Assembly: GCA_041750285.1 (NCBI GenBank)
Contig: JBGSZS010000018.1
Span: forward strand, 288,001-352,000
DNA: 64,000 nucleotides
Direction: 5' to 3'
DNA from: Candidatus Fermentibacteraceae bacterium
GTDB taxonomy: Bacteria; Fermentibacterota; Fermentibacteria; Fermentibacterales; JCC-6
How positions within the stretch are numbered: the stretch's first letter is position 1; each line of letters opens with the position of its first letter. Positions 37,221 through 47,689 of the stretch are shown in pieces. The notes under the pieces are model-generated. The model had not been told where the DNA came from and searched no databases. It worked only from the letters and a program-made list of their open reading frames with translations. The translations under genes and the position numbers were made by a program.

Positions 37221-37934
37221 TCACCCTGATGGAGCCTCAAAGGAAAGAACGCTTCGGGAGGGTATCCCCATCGGAACCCCCCAGGGGTCAGCCCTGTAGA
37301 ATCCCTGATAGCTTCTTGCGGCCTCTTCGGATCCCTTCCGCCAGGGTATGAACCGGGTTTCGGTCGATCTCCCCGTCAGGCGCCTGAGAAGGATGCCCCT
37401 CGAAAGGTCGCACCACCTGGAGATGGCCTCCATGTCAAGGCTGAACCTCATCACTGCTATCCGCCTCAGGTCGCTTTCCAGAGAATCCCCCGACTCGTCG
37501 ATGTCGGACAGGATCTCCCTGACCTCGTTCAACTGCTCCTGAATCCTGTGCTTGTAGTTCTCGAGATGGCTCATGAGGGTTTCAAGCCCGAGGCTCGTTC
37601 CGAAACGGAGCTTCATGAGCAGCTCCACCCTGAAACGGGAGAGGCCAGCGGGCTGACTGAGCCAGGCGTCGAGTTCCTCCCGTCCCTTCCCGGTCAGGCT
37701 GTACAGAACCCTCTTCTTCTTTTTCGTGTAGGCGTCGGTCTTCTCCAGAAGACCATCCTGATTCAGCTGCCTGAGCATTGGGTAGATGTTCCCGCTGGAC
37801 TCGCGCCAGTAGTACATCTCCCTGTCGTCCAGCGTCTTCCTTACATCGTATCCCGACATGGGGCCCTGGCTGAGAATTGCCAGCAGACCGTACATGGACT
37901 GTGTGTATTCAGGGTCCTTTTTTCGCATTGCCAT
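37221..37934 (-). CDS. PadR family transcriptional regulator with a C-terminal Vir_act-like domain
   Basis: LL.IL...PMSGYDV, W.ES.G.IYP.L..L, Y.LT.KG...L..WL. Confidence 0.9.
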   Translation of the reverse strand: MAMRKKDPEYTQSMYGLLAILSQGPMSGYDVRKTLDDREMYYWRESSGNIYPMLRQLNQDGLLEKTDAYTKKKKRVLYSLTGKGREELDAWLSQPAGLSRFRVELLMKLRFGTSLGLETLMSHLENYKHRIQEQLNEVREILSDIDESGDSLESDLRRIAVMRFSLDMEAISRWCDLSRGILLRRLTGRSTETRFIPWRKGSEEAARSYQGFYRADPWGVPMGIPSRSVLSFEAPSG

Positions 37935-37986
37935 ACCTGTCCCTCCCTGGCGGTATCCTCTGGAAGCATGGGGGAATTTTTCCATC

Positions 37987-38014
37987 TTGACAATCTATCT
38001 TTTAGCACTATTAT
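37987..38014 (+). promoter_or_regulatory. Sigma70 promoter TTGACA-16-TATTAT
   Basis: AT-rich divergent intergenic region between padR and the FG-GAP gene. Confidence 0.6.
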
Positions 38015-38058
38015 GATGCAAGTCCACGAAAAAGCAAACAACGAAGAAGGAGGATGCA

Positions 38059-39876
38059 ATGCTCTTCACAGTGGCGTTCATCACTTTGTTCTCCCTTCCC
38101 GGTGCGTTGCCCATGTACGATCAAAGCCAGTCCGACTGGTCAGGGGGAGGCTGCTCCGCCGGACCGGTTCCCGTCTGGGGAAGCGAATTCCTCGGAAGCA
38201 TGGGTACCGACTGGTTCGGCACGCCCGGTCAACTGTCCCTTGTCCCGATCAGTGCCGTTGCCGAAGTCATGACGGACGATTTGGGAAACCCTGCCTGCAT
38301 GGATGCCGCCGACCTTGACGGCGACGGTGACATCGATGTCGTCTGTTCGGGATTCGAGGCAGACCTTCTGATCTGGCTTGAGAACACTGGCGGAGCCGGA
38401 TGGCTCTCCCACGTCGTGGACCAGAACCTTCCGGGATGCTGTGCGACAAAGGTATGGGACATGGACGAAGACGGGCACCCCGACATCATAAACGCCGCCG
38501 AGGCATCGGGCGCCGTTTCATGGTACCGCAACAACGGCTCAGGCGGCGGATGGCAGAAGCATGTCATAAGCGCCGGAGGGGGCAGCCCCTTCAGCCTCCA
38601 GGTGCGTGACTACGATGAAGACGGCGATCCTGACGTCTGTGCCGCCCTTTACGGGTCGGGCAGGATCGTTATGTGGGAAAACGCCGACGGGGCGGGGACC
38701 ACATGGACACTGCGAACGGTAAAATCAGGTTTCCCGGGCGCATGGTGGGTGGAGAGCGCCGACTTCGACCAGGACGGCGACTGGGACATTATCGCCTGCA
38801 GGTACGCCGGCGAGCTGTGCTGGTTCGAGAACAACGGCATGACCGGCGTCTGGGAGCAGCACCCCATAGCATCGGGATTGTCGGGACTTGTGAATTTCGC
38901 CGCGGGGGATATGGATTCTGACGGCGACATTGACATCGCCAGCGCTTCCATGACTCCCGGCAGGATTTGTCTTCACGAGAATCAGGGGATGGGTATGGCG
39001 TGGGTTTCCCTCGATATGGACATCGACCTTGCCGGCCCGTGGTCATGCTGCGCGGCCGACCTCGACGGAGACGGAGACCTCGACGTCATCGCCAACGATC
39101 GAACCGCGGGTTTCGTCCACTGGTACTCGAATGCCGCGGGGGACGGCAGCGAATGGGTCCGCTGCCTTCTCGGAGACGGATACGCACTTCCAAACGATGT
39201 CATAGCAGCCGATCTGGACGGAGACGGGATGGACGATCCCGTGGGGTCGATTGCCAACGACAACTCGGTACTCTGGTGGAAACTCACTGAAAGCCAGGCG
39301 ACGCAGGGTTCCCTGACGAGTTCGATCCTCGACGCGGGGGAGGATGCCGCATGGGGTGTCATCACATGGGAGTGCGCGCTGCCCGGATCATCCGGCCTGG
39401 TCATGGAGGTCAGGGCAGGTCAGAATCCCGGCAATCTGGGCCCCTGGCAGACCGTTGCATACTCGGGGGACGATCTTTCGACGATCATTCCCGACCCCGT
39501 GCGATACTTTCAGTACCGGGTGACTCTGATTTCTTTCAATCCGGACGAATCCCCCGTATTCTCCGAGGTAACGCTCAACGCAGATCTCATGGGTGTCGAA
39601 TCCGGCGGTTCCACGGAATCCCCCGGATTGTGGGCACCCTCCCCGTGCAGCCCCGGGGCGGTTCCCGTTCACGTCAGCCTCGCCCGGGAATCAGCCGCGT
39701 CCATTCGAGTCTATGACTTCGCGGGCAGGATCGTCACCGAGATGTTCAGGGGCGAACTTCCTGCGGGAAACCGCTGCCTTACATGGAATTGCGCAGCGCT
39801 TCCCCCGGGCGTCTACACTGTCGTGCTCACGGTTCCTCAGAGATGCGCCGTTGCGAACATTGTGCTCCTGAGGTAG
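38059..39876 (+). CDS. FG-GAP/VCBS repeat protein with a T9SS-type C-terminal domain
   Basis: Seven D.D.DGD.D-like repeats with W.EN; RYFQYRV; VYDFAGRIV..LPPGVY. Confidence 0.9.
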   Translation: MLFTVAFITLFSLPGALPMYDQSQSDWSGGGCSAGPVPVWGSEFLGSMGTDWFGTPGQLSLVPISAVAEVMTDDLGNPACMDAADLDGDGDIDVVCSGFEADLLIWLENTGGAGWLSHVVDQNLPGCCATKVWDMDEDGHPDIINAAEASGAVSWYRNNGSGGGWQKHVISAGGGSPFSLQVRDYDEDGDPDVCAALYGSGRIVMWENADGAGTTWTLRTVKSGFPGAWWVESADFDQDGDWDIIACRYAGELCWFENNGMTGVWEQHPIASGLSGLVNFAAGDMDSDGDIDIASASMTPGRICLHENQGMGMAWVSLDMDIDLAGPWSCCAADLDGDGDLDVIANDRTAGFVHWYSNAAGDGSEWVRCLLGDGYALPNDVIAADLDGDGMDDPVGSIANDNSVLWWKLTESQATQGSLTSSILDAGEDAAWGVITWECALPGSSGLVMEVRAGQNPGNLGPWQTVAYSGDDLSTIIPDPVRYFQYRVTLISFNPDESPVFSEVTLNADLMGVESGGSTESPGLWAPSPCSPGAVPVHVSLARESAASIRVYDFAGRIVTEMFRGELPAGNRCLTWNCAALPPGVYTVVLTVPQRCAVANIVLLR

Positions 39877-39895
39877 CTCAAGAATGGAGTGAAGA

Positions 39896-40861
39896 ATGAA
39901 AACGCCGATATGTCTTGTGGCTTTGTCATTCACGGCAAGCTCATCACTGGCATGGCAACCTCCCGTGAACGCCGGCGAGCCGGTGAACACCAATCACAAC
40001 GAGTGGTACCCCGTACTTGCCGGGGACGGGTCGTACATGATCTTCGTCTCGGACAGACCGGGCGGATTGGGAGACGCCGACCTCTGGATAACCTTCCTTG
40101 AGGATGGCGTCTGGGGGGAGCCTGAGAACATGGGCTCAAATGTGAACACGCCGTTCGGTGAGTCGGCCCCATTCCTTGCCGAAGATGACACGAAGCTCTA
40201 CTTCCTTTCAGCCGACCCAGCCGGCTTCGGCGGCGGCGACATCTGGTTCTGTCCCATCTCGGGCGGTATTCCCGGACCTCGCGAGAATCTGGGAACTCCT
40301 ATCAACAGCCCGGTCCTGGAGTGCTGCCCTCTTCCTTCGCCTGACGGAAGCCGTTTCTACTTCTGCTCAACAAGGAGCGGAGGCGCGGGGGGCGTCGATG
40401 TTTGGATATCGGAAAGATCGGGGGGCGTCTGGGGTGAACCGTACAATGCCGGCTCGAGGGTCAACGGCACCGGAACCGACTGTCCCAGATGGATTTCAGA
40501 CGGGGGGGACACTGTTCTTCTCTGTTCGACAGGGCCGGGGGGTTACGGAGGAGCGGACATGTACTCGGTGTACGCGGAAGGAGACAGTCTGGGAGTTCCC
40601 GAAAACCTGGGCCCAGAACTGAACAGCCCTGCGGCGGAGTGGGGAGCCTGGTTCCTGGACAACGAGGGGGGGATCGGAGGGATGATCCTTTTCGGATCGG
40701 GCAGAGCTGGAGGCCTTGGTGGTCTGGACATATGGTTCAGCACCCAGACCGGGGAGTTCGGTACTGCATCATGGGGTGAGGTGAAGTCACTCTTCGCTTT
40801 CCGTGAACTGGAAGGCCGAAGCGAGAGCTCTGTCACCTGCCGGACAGGGATGATGCCGTAA
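39896..40861 (+). CDS. Secreted PD40 (WD40-like) repeat protein
   Basis: Five N.G..VNT...E..P....DG...F.S.R.GG.G..D.W repeats; SWGEVKSLF near the C-terminus. Confidence 0.88.
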   Translation: MKTPICLVALSFTASSSLAWQPPVNAGEPVNTNHNEWYPVLAGDGSYMIFVSDRPGGLGDADLWITFLEDGVWGEPENMGSNVNTPFGESAPFLAEDDTKLYFLSADPAGFGGGDIWFCPISGGIPGPRENLGTPINSPVLECCPLPSPDGSRFYFCSTRSGGAGGVDVWISERSGGVWGEPYNAGSRVNGTGTDCPRWISDGGDTVLLCSTGPGGYGGADMYSVYAEGDSLGVPENLGPELNSPAAEWGAWFLDNEGGIGGMILFGSGRAGGLGGLDIWFSTQTGEFGTASWGEVKSLFAFRELEGRSESSVTCRTGMMP

Positions 40862-41702
40862 CTCCCGTGGAGTCGACCGTCATGTGTTCGCCTCCACCAG
40901 AACCAGGCCACGGTGAGAGTTCGCGAGTGGAGAGATCGAGCGACCACATTTTCTCGTAATCACCCGCAACCGCAATGTAGACATGTCCCTCCGATGGGTC
41001 GAAGACCATTGAAGCCCTTGTGGGAAAGGCGTCGGTTGTGTTCACGGCCGCCTCGAGAACGGCCATGCCTGCGGCCGGCCCCATTACTCCTTCGCAGGCT
41101 TCGAGCGCCGCATGCGCGGCGCGAAACCTGTCGGCTCCCACGCCCCGGATCTGCATGGGGTCTGCGCCCTGCCACTCGCAGTTGCTGAAGTTGGTCATCA
41201 CCAGAACGTCACCACCGGCCAGATCGAGAACCCGGTTACCGTTCTCACCCACCTCGATTATGGAGGCGGAGCCGGTGGCGTCGGCCACAAGCACATGAAG
41301 CGGGGGGTCGTCGTACTGCCGGAACGGCGCGGCCACGGCCATGTCCTGTATATCAGCAACGGTTGCGCCGTTGTAGATCATGGCGTAGAAGGGAATGAAT
41401 ATCAGGGGATTGTCCGAGCCGGCGGAAGGACCTGTCCAGGGAGCATCGATGACCTGCATGGTCGAGAAGCGGCCATCCGCCGTGAACCCCACCGTCGGGA
41501 CGGGATTCCCGTCGGACATGAAAGACATCGTGAATACCGTTCCTCCCCTGCTGTCGCTCTCCAGTCTTAACAGGATGTCCTGTTCCGGGTACCAGTCGAA
41601 GTTCATGCCATACCAGGCAGCACCGCAGCTGTAGTCAACAAAACTCGTGCATGCCTGCGCTGCGCAGCAGAGAACGATCAGAGCGCCGGTCGATAACCTC
41701 AT
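40833..41702 (-). CDS. Secreted Ntn-hydrolase (choloylglycine hydrolase/C59-C45-like)
   Basis: Signal peptide ending AQA then CTSF nucleophile; GMNFDW; HVLVADATG...IE; TNF. Confidence 0.8.
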   Translation of the reverse strand: MRLSTGALIVLCCAAQACTSFVDYSCGAAWYGMNFDWYPEQDILLRLESDSRGGTVFTMSFMSDGNPVPTVGFTADGRFSTMQVIDAPWTGPSAGSDNPLIFIPFYAMIYNGATVADIQDMAVAAPFRQYDDPPLHVLVADATGSASIIEVGENGNRVLDLAGGDVLVMTNFSNCEWQGADPMQIRGVGADRFRAAHAALEACEGVMGPAAGMAVLEAAVNTTDAFPTRASMVFDPSEGHVYIAVAGDYEKMWSLDLSTRELSPWPGSGGGEHMTVDSTGVTASSLSGR

Positions 41703-41753
41703 CACCCCTCCCCTCGATTGATCGGGAGCAGGCTGGTACGGGCATTTCCCCTC

Positions 41754-42413
41754 TCAGGTGGAACGCTCCGACTCGAAGAACCGTGCGATTTCCTCCGGGG
41801 AATCGAAGAAATGGTCGGGGCGGGCCTCTTCCAGCTCCTCCCGGCTTCCGTATCCGTATGTGACTGCCGCCGTTAATGTACCGTTTTGTCTGCCACCCTC
41901 CACGTCGTGGCGGCGGTCGCCCACCATCATCGCATGGCGGGGGTTCAGGGCCCTGGTGGAGAGAATGTGGGCCAGAAGCTCGACCTTGTTGGTAAGCCTG
42001 CCGTCGAGATGGCTTCCGTGCACCCCGAGAAAGTGCCTGGAAAAACCGAAATGGTCGAGCACCCTGGAGGCGAACACCGTTGGCTTGCTTGTGGCAAGCA
42101 GCAGTGAACGGCCCGTCTCCCTGATCCTGCTCATGGCGCTGTCGACTCCCGGGTATGGAACGTTCTCGTAGATGCCTGTGGTCACGTACCGCTCCCTGTA
42201 AAACTCCACTGCCCTTCCGACGAGTTTCCCATCGGTGCTGGAAAGGAGCCGGGAGAAGGATTCCGAAAGGGGCGGGCCGATGCACCACAAGAGGTCGTCT
42301 GCATCGGGAACCGGCTTGCCAAGCCGCTCCAATGCATGCTGAACACACCTGGTTATCCCTTCAGCCGGGGCGGTAAGGGTACCGTCAAGGTCTAAAAGGA
42401 CATGGGTCGTCAT
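41754..42413 (-). CDS. HAD family hydrolase (5'-nucleotidase/phosphoglycolate phosphatase-like)
   Basis: DLDGTL, IGPPL, ATSKP, MVGDR.HD, YGYG..EEL. Confidence 0.92.
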   Translation of the reverse strand: MTTHVLLDLDGTLTAPAEGITRCVQHALERLGKPVPDADDLLWCIGPPLSESFSRLLSSTDGKLVGRAVEFYRERYVTTGIYENVPYPGVDSAMSRIRETGRSLLLATSKPTVFASRVLDHFGFSRHFLGVHGSHLDGRLTNKVELLAHILSTRALNPRHAMMVGDRRHDVEGGRQNGTLTAAVTYGYGSREELEEARPDHFFDSPEEIARFFESERST

Positions 42414-42916
42414 CGGGAGGGGGCACCGCTCTTCCCCGAAGGCTTCACGAACTCCCCGAGCTTTTCGAGAACAGCTGCGGCATGGCCGGCTGCCCTGACG
42501 TTCGGCCAGACATGGGCGACCCTGCCGTCTGGTGAGATAAGAAAAGTGGAACGGACGGTCCCCATCAGCTCCCGTCCGTACATCCTCTTCATCCGCCACG
42601 CCCCGTAGGCTTCGTGCAGAAGGCGTCCGGGATCACTGAGGAGCGTGATGGAAAGATCCTGCTTCTGTTCAAACCTCTTGTGGGACTCGATGGAATCACG
42701 GCTTACCCCCGCAATCACGGCCCCGAGCAGGGTAAAGCTTTCCTTGAGCCCCGAGAATTCCCTCGCCTCGAGAGTGCATCCGCCGGTGCCGTCTTTCGGG
42801 TAGAAGTAGAGAACCAGCCACTTTCCCCCGTAGTCGCGGGGGGAGAACTCCCTTCCGTTCTGGTCCGGCGCGCTCACAGCCGGCGCAATGGCGCCCTTCT
42901 CCGGCAGTGTGTCCAT
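42410..42916 (-). CDS. bcp: Peroxiredoxin, Bcp/PrxQ type (no nearby resolving Cys)
   Basis: LYFYPKDGTGGCTLEA, GVS.D, RSTFLI. Confidence 0.9.
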   Translation of the reverse strand: MDTLPEKGAIAPAVSAPDQNGREFSPRDYGGKWLVLYFYPKDGTGGCTLEAREFSGLKESFTLLGAVIAGVSRDSIESHKRFEQKQDLSITLLSDPGRLLHEAYGAWRMKRMYGRELMGTVRSTFLISPDGRVAHVWPNVRAAGHAAAVLEKLGEFVKPSGKSGAPSR

Positions 42917-42965
42917 CAGTGTTCTCCTTTTCGTCCACAGGGCGGACCGGCTCAGGCGGGAGCTT

Positions 42966-43307
42966 TCAAAGCCTGTCCTCATAGATCTGAGCAGCCCTCA
43001 GAACGTCCTGTCTGGGACCCGTCACAACGAGGACCAGTGTATCGGAACTGACTATGCTGGCCCCGGAAGATGTCCGCTGCCCGGCATGGATCTCGTATTC
43101 GACAGCGATCCAGGGGTTTCGCCCATTTTCAACGACATACCTCACGACCAACTCGTCCCATTCGTACCCCCATTCCGAAAAGAACAGGATAACTTCCTCG
43201 TGATACGTAAGGGCCTTGTAAAGGAATGCCGCTGACAGGACCACCCCGATACCGGCGACAAGGGTCGATACTGCCCTCAGAACCGATTTCGCCGGGGATG
43301 TTTTCAT
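42966..43307 (-). CDS. Hypothetical membrane-anchored protein
   Basis: GGAGG SD, N-terminal TM, fills the gap in a minus-strand gene run. Confidence 0.55.
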   Translation of the reverse strand: MKTSPAKSVLRAVSTLVAGIGVVLSAAFLYKALTYHEEVILFFSEWGYEWDELVVRYVVENGRNPWIAVEYEIHAGQRTSSGASIVSSDTLVLVVTGPRQDVLRAAQIYEDRL

Positions 43308-43385
43308 GCGAAACGCCCTCCCTCAAGGGATACAATAGGCAATTCGAGCCCGGCCACGGTAACGGCGGCCGCAGAGGAATGGGAA

Positions 43386-44216
43386 CTAGAAGCCGAAGAA
43401 CTTCCCCATGAGCCTTATCGCCATGTCGCGCCCCAGCAGCTTGAGCGCCCAGTTCGCCTTCCGGGCGTTGCCCCCCACAACGTAACAGAACCGGGGTCTG
43501 TCCTTTGAAAGGACTCTGGAGATGACCCGTGCAACCTGCTCAGGGGGTATTCCGTGCCTGCTGTCTATCTTCTCCACGACCCTTGCGTAGCGGGTGTCGG
43601 TGTATGAATCCCCCGTTGCGAGGTAGGTGTTACCTGTCTCATTGAAGCCCGTGTTCACATTTCCGGGATGGATGACTGAGACCCGTATCCGCCTGTGTTT
43701 CATCTCGATGGCGAGAGACTCGTAAAATCCCTCAAGTCCGCGCTTTGAGGCAGAGTACATCGACGACATGGGCACCCCCACGCACGCAGCGATGGAGCTC
43801 ACACCGATGATCGAGCCGCCGTCGTTGACAAGGGGAAGGAAGTCCCTCACGAGTTTGATGTGGGAGGCCAGGTTCACGTCGAGAACCCTGTCCACGAGCT
43901 CATCGGAAAGGTGCTGGACCGGGTGGGTGCTGTGAACCCCTGCTGTTATCACAAGTCCGTTCAGGCTTCGGCCCTTTTCCGCCATGGCACAAGCCAGACC
44001 GGAAACTGAGCTTCTGTCTGTCATGTCGAGCCTTATGGTTTCCAGCAGCCCTTCTCCATCATTCGGTATGGTCTCCAGAAGAGCTCCGTTGCGGTCGACA
44101 GCCAACACCTCCAGGCCCCTGCTAAGAAGGATCGGAGTCAGGGCCCGGCCTATACCGCTGGCGGCTCCCACGATCATAAGGCTTCTTCCCGGGGCGATAT
44201 CCCCATTCCCGGTCAT
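43386..44216 (-). CDS. Short-chain dehydrogenase/reductase
   Basis: GAASGIG, SS, YSASK, PGNVNT. Confidence 0.9.
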   Translation of the reverse strand: MTGNGDIAPGRSLMIVGAASGIGRALTPILLSRGLEVLAVDRNGALLETIPNDGEGLLETIRLDMTDRSSVSGLACAMAEKGRSLNGLVITAGVHSTHPVQHLSDELVDRVLDVNLASHIKLVRDFLPLVNDGGSIIGVSSIAACVGVPMSSMYSASKRGLEGFYESLAIEMKHRRIRVSVIHPGNVNTGFNETGNTYLATGDSYTDTRYARVVEKIDSRHGIPPEQVARVISRVLSKDRPRFCYVVGGNARKANWALKLLGRDMAIRLMGKFFGF

Positions 44217-44364
44217 TGGGGCTGAAGCAGCGGACAATGCCAACCTCCCGTGCAAACGTACCGATTCCCATGAAGGCGGGTTTCCTGCTTATAGTATAAG
44301 AATGAAGCCGGTGTGCTCAAAGCACGAGCCTGCGCCAGGCACCCCATGAAAGGGACGGGGTTCA

Positions 44365-45138
44365 ATGATAACGGTCGATTCCGTAACCAAGCGGTTCAAA
44401 CCCGGGCTGGTTCCCGTAAAAAAGGCCGGGAAATGCGGGGATCATCTGACTGCGGTGGACAACGTGTCATTCGTCTGCAGGCCGGGACGGGTCTTCTCTC
44501 TCCTGGGTCCCAACGGCGCCGGCAAGACGACTTTGCTCAGGATGATAGCGACAATGCTGAAACCGAGCTCCGGAAGGATCACGGTCAGCGGCCGTGACAC
44601 CGTGAAGGAGCAGGAGGATGTCAGAAGGAGGATCGGCTTCCTTACGGGAACCACCGGCCTTTACGCAAGGCTTACCCCGAACGAGATCATCTCCTACTAC
44701 GGTGAGCTTCACGGCATCGGCAGGAGGGAGCTCGAAAAAAGAAGGGAAGAGCTGTTCTTCACCCTGGGCATGGAAGGGTTTGCCAATCGCCGGACAGGCA
44801 GCCTGTCATCCGGGATGAGACAGAAGGTTTCCATTGCGAGAACGATGATACACGACCCCGAAGTGCTTGTCTTCGATGAGCCGACGGTGGGGCTCGATGT
44901 CGTAACGTCCAAAGCCATCATGACTCTGATCAGGGGATGCCGGGACCGGGGAAGAACGGTGGTGTTCTCCACCCACGTCATGGGAGAGGTGAGCCTTCTC
45001 AGCGATGATCTGGCAGTTATTCACAGGGGCAGGCTGCTCTTCTGTGACACCTTCGGCAGGTTCACCGAGGGGATGAGATCCAGGACCATCGAGGACGAGT
45101 TCATAGGAATGATCGAAGCGGCGGAGGCGCAGGCATGA
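44365..45138 (+). CDS. natA: ABC exporter ATPase (NatA-like)
   Basis: GPNGAGKTT, LSSGMRQK, FDEPT.GLD, FSTH. Confidence 0.85.
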   Translation: MITVDSVTKRFKPGLVPVKKAGKCGDHLTAVDNVSFVCRPGRVFSLLGPNGAGKTTLLRMIATMLKPSSGRITVSGRDTVKEQEDVRRRIGFLTGTTGLYARLTPNEIISYYGELHGIGRRELEKRREELFFTLGMEGFANRRTGSLSSGMRQKVSIARTMIHDPEVLVFDEPTVGLDVVTSKAIMTLIRGCRDRGRTVVFSTHVMGEVSLLSDDLAVIHRGRLLFCDTFGRFTEGMRSRTIEDEFIGMIEAAEAQA

Positions 45139-46334
45139 GGATGATCTCGATTATCTTCAGGAAGGAAATGAAGGACATGCTCCGGGACAGAAGGACCATG
45201 TTCTTCATGGTGTTCATGCCCTTCATCGCCATCTTCCTGGTTTTCAACCTGACGATGCGCATGGGCATGGAAATGGAAAGCAGGGCCAGGGAGAAAGTCA
45301 TGCGGGTGGCAGTGATATCCCGGTCGCCCGTACCCGGGTTCATGAGCCTTCTCGAGGGGTCGGGAGAGGTCGAGGTGGCTGAAGCCATCGCGGACAGCGG
45401 TGTCACCCCGGCTCTCGAATCGGGTGAGGTGGACTTCGTGGTGAGATTCACGAACGATTTTGAAAGCATCATGGCCCGCGAAGGTACGGGATCAGTGGAT
45501 CTCTACTACATGGGATCGGTATCGGAGAACGAGGGGGCGCTTCCACGTATCAGGGCGATCATTGAAGGGTATGGTGAATCGCTTCTCCAGCAGCGTCTCG
45601 TTAACCGGGGGCTGGCGTCGGATTTCGCAATGCCATTGAGCATAACTGAAAAGGATGTTTCCTCGGCCCGGGCCAGGATCGGGGAGAGCCTTGGCGGAAT
45701 GATCCCCTACTTCATCATCCTCTTCTGTTTCCTGGGAGCCATGTATCCGGCCATCGACCTTGCAGCGGGCGAAAAGGAGAGGGGAACGATCGAAACCCTG
45801 CTCATTTCGCCGGCTTCCCGGGGGCAGATCGTCGTTGCGAAATGGCTTGTTGTAACTCTGTCGGGCGTGTTCACCGCGGCGGCTTCTTTCACATGGCTCT
45901 TTCTGGTTCTCAGATACGGCAGCCCGGTGCCGGGGGAGATGGTCGCCGGCGTGATGAACATCATCGAACCCGGAAGCATGCTGCTCTTCCTGGCCATGCT
46001 CATCCCCCTGTGTGCCTTCTTCGGGGCTCTGCTACTCTCGGTCTCCATTTTCGCCAGGACCTACAAGGAAGCCCAGAGCATTATCGCACCCCTGAACTTC
46101 ATCGTGCTGATCCCGCTTCTCATCGGCATCTTTCCAGGGGTTGGGCTCAACTGGGCCACCGCGCTGATCCCGCTTCTTAACATCTCGCTGGCAACCAAAG
46201 AGATAATAGCGGGAACGATCAACCCGTTCCACCTCTTGGAGGTGTTTTCGGTGCTGCTCGCCATGGCTGTGGCTGGCCTGTTCTTCTGCACCCGCTGGTT
46301 CAGGAGGGAGGAGGTCATCTTCCGGGGGGCCTAG
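45135..46334 (+). CDS. natB: ABC exporter permease (NatB-like, Na+ efflux)
   Basis: KE..D.LRDRRT, AIDL.AGEKERGT.ETLL, FART.KEAQ. Confidence 0.88.
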   Translation: MRMISIIFRKEMKDMLRDRRTMFFMVFMPFIAIFLVFNLTMRMGMEMESRAREKVMRVAVISRSPVPGFMSLLEGSGEVEVAEAIADSGVTPALESGEVDFVVRFTNDFESIMAREGTGSVDLYYMGSVSENEGALPRIRAIIEGYGESLLQQRLVNRGLASDFAMPLSITEKDVSSARARIGESLGGMIPYFIILFCFLGAMYPAIDLAAGEKERGTIETLLISPASRGQIVVAKWLVVTLSGVFTAAASFTWLFLVLRYGSPVPGEMVAGVMNIIEPGSMLLFLAMLIPLCAFFGALLLSVSIFARTYKEAQSIIAPLNFIVLIPLLIGIFPGVGLNWATALIPLLNISLATKEIIAGTINPFHLLEVFSVLLAMAVAGLFFCTRWFRREEVIFRGA

Positions 46335-46366
46335 ACGATCCCTCCTCCTTTGACCGGTTCGTCCGA

Positions 46367-47689
46367 TCAGCTCCTTCTGGAGCCCGGCCTTCCTCCGAAG
46401 CGTGGCTTTCTTCTGTCGTCACTGCCCCGGGTGCCTCTTGAGGTGTTCCGTCCGAAGTTCACGGGCGCCGGCTGGCAGGACCTGAAAGCTTCGTCAGAGT
46501 GGAACGCGTGGTTCATCTCCGCGGGAACGGGCTTGCCCAGAAGCTTTTCGATCTGAGTAAGGCATTCCCTCTCCTCGGCGCAGCAGAATGATATCGCATC
46601 GCCCGACGCTCCCGCCCTGGCGGTTCGGCCTATCCGGTGTATGTAGGTCTCAGCCTCGATTGGAAGGTCGTAGTTGATCACATGGGTGATGTTGTCTACA
46701 TCAAGCCCACGGGCGGCGACATCGGTCGCAACCAGGACCTGAAAGCGGTTCCCCTTGAACCCGGAAAGGGCGCTGGTCCTCGCAGACTGGCTCTTGTTCC
46801 CGTGGATCGCGATGCCGCTTATTCCGGTTGCCTGGAGCTTCTTGACCACCTTGTTCGCGGTGTGCTTCATCTGGGTGAAGATGAGCGCCTTGCCGACCTG
46901 GGGGTTGTTGAGAAGCGATACGAGAAGGGCGTCCTTGTCTCCTTTGCCAACGAAGAGAACCTTCTGGTCGATGCTTTCCACGGTGGGTTTTCCGGGTTCG
47001 ATGGAAACCCTCTGCGGATCCCGGACCATGGTCCGGGCAAGCTCCTCCATCACCGGTGACATGGTGGCCGAGAAGAAAAGGGTCTGACGGCGCTCGGGAA
47101 TACGGGCAAGCACCTTCCTTATGTCGGGTATGAACCCCATGTCAAGCATTCTGTCGACTTCGTCGAGCACGAAGACCTCCACCTTCTCCAGGTGGATGAT
47201 TCCCTGTTCCATGAGGTCGAGAAGCCTGCCGGGGGTTGCCACCAGTATGTCGACACCACGTTTCAATGCCTTCTCCTGGGGCAACTGGCTGACGCCGCCG
47301 AACACAACGGTATGGTGCAGGCGTAGAAAACTGCCGTATGCGCTTATGCTTGCGCCGATCTGGGCGGCAAGCTCACGCGTGGGAGCGAGTATGAGCGCTC
47401 TGGGAGTGCCGGGCCACGGCCTGGTCGTGTTCCGCGACAGCTTCTGAAGAAGGGGAAGCACGAACGCCGCTGTTTTCCCCGTGCCGGTCTGAGCCGTCCC
47501 CAGAAGGTCACGTCCGTCGAGCAGGTGCGGGATGCACTGCTCCTGGATGGGAGTGGGTGTTTCGTAACCCTCAGCCGCCAAAGCCTTTTGAAGCTCGGGC
47601 ATGAGGGCCTCGAATGCGTTGTGGGAATGCGGCATGGAATCCGTGGATCCCTCGGTGCGCTTTGAGGGCGCGCAGGTATGTTCTTTCAT
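46367..47689 (-). CDS. DEAD-box RNA helicase (RhlE-like; DEVD variant)
   Basis: PTPIQ, AQTGTGKT, PTRELA, TPGRLLD, LDEVD, FSAT, ARGLD, HRIGRTAR. Confidence 0.95.
   Translation of the reverse strand: MKEHTCAPSKRTEGSTDSMPHSHNAFEALMPELQKALAAEGYETPTPIQEQCIPHLLDGRDLLGTAQTGTGKTAAFVLPLLQKLSRNTTRPWPGTPRALILAPTRELAAQIGASISAYGSFLRLHHTVVFGGVSQLPQEKALKRGVDILVATPGRLLDLMEQGIIHLEKVEVFVLDEVDRMLDMGFIPDIRKVLARIPERRQTLFFSATMSPVMEELARTMVRDPQRVSIEPGKPTVESIDQKVLFVGKGDKDALLVSLLNNPQVGKALIFTQMKHTANKVVKKLQATGISGIAIHGNKSQSARTSALSGFKGNRFQVLVATDVAARGLDVDNITHVINYDLPIEAETYIHRIGRTARAGASGDAISFCCAEERECLTQIEKLLGKPVPAEMNHAFHSDEAFRSCQPAPVNFGRNTSRGTRGSDDRRKPRFGGRPGSRRS

Noticed and set aside
38300..40740. CRISPR or DNA tandem repeat array
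   Set aside because: The recurrent sequence reflects FG-GAP and PD40 protein repeats; no identical repeat-spacer pattern was seen anywhere in the window.
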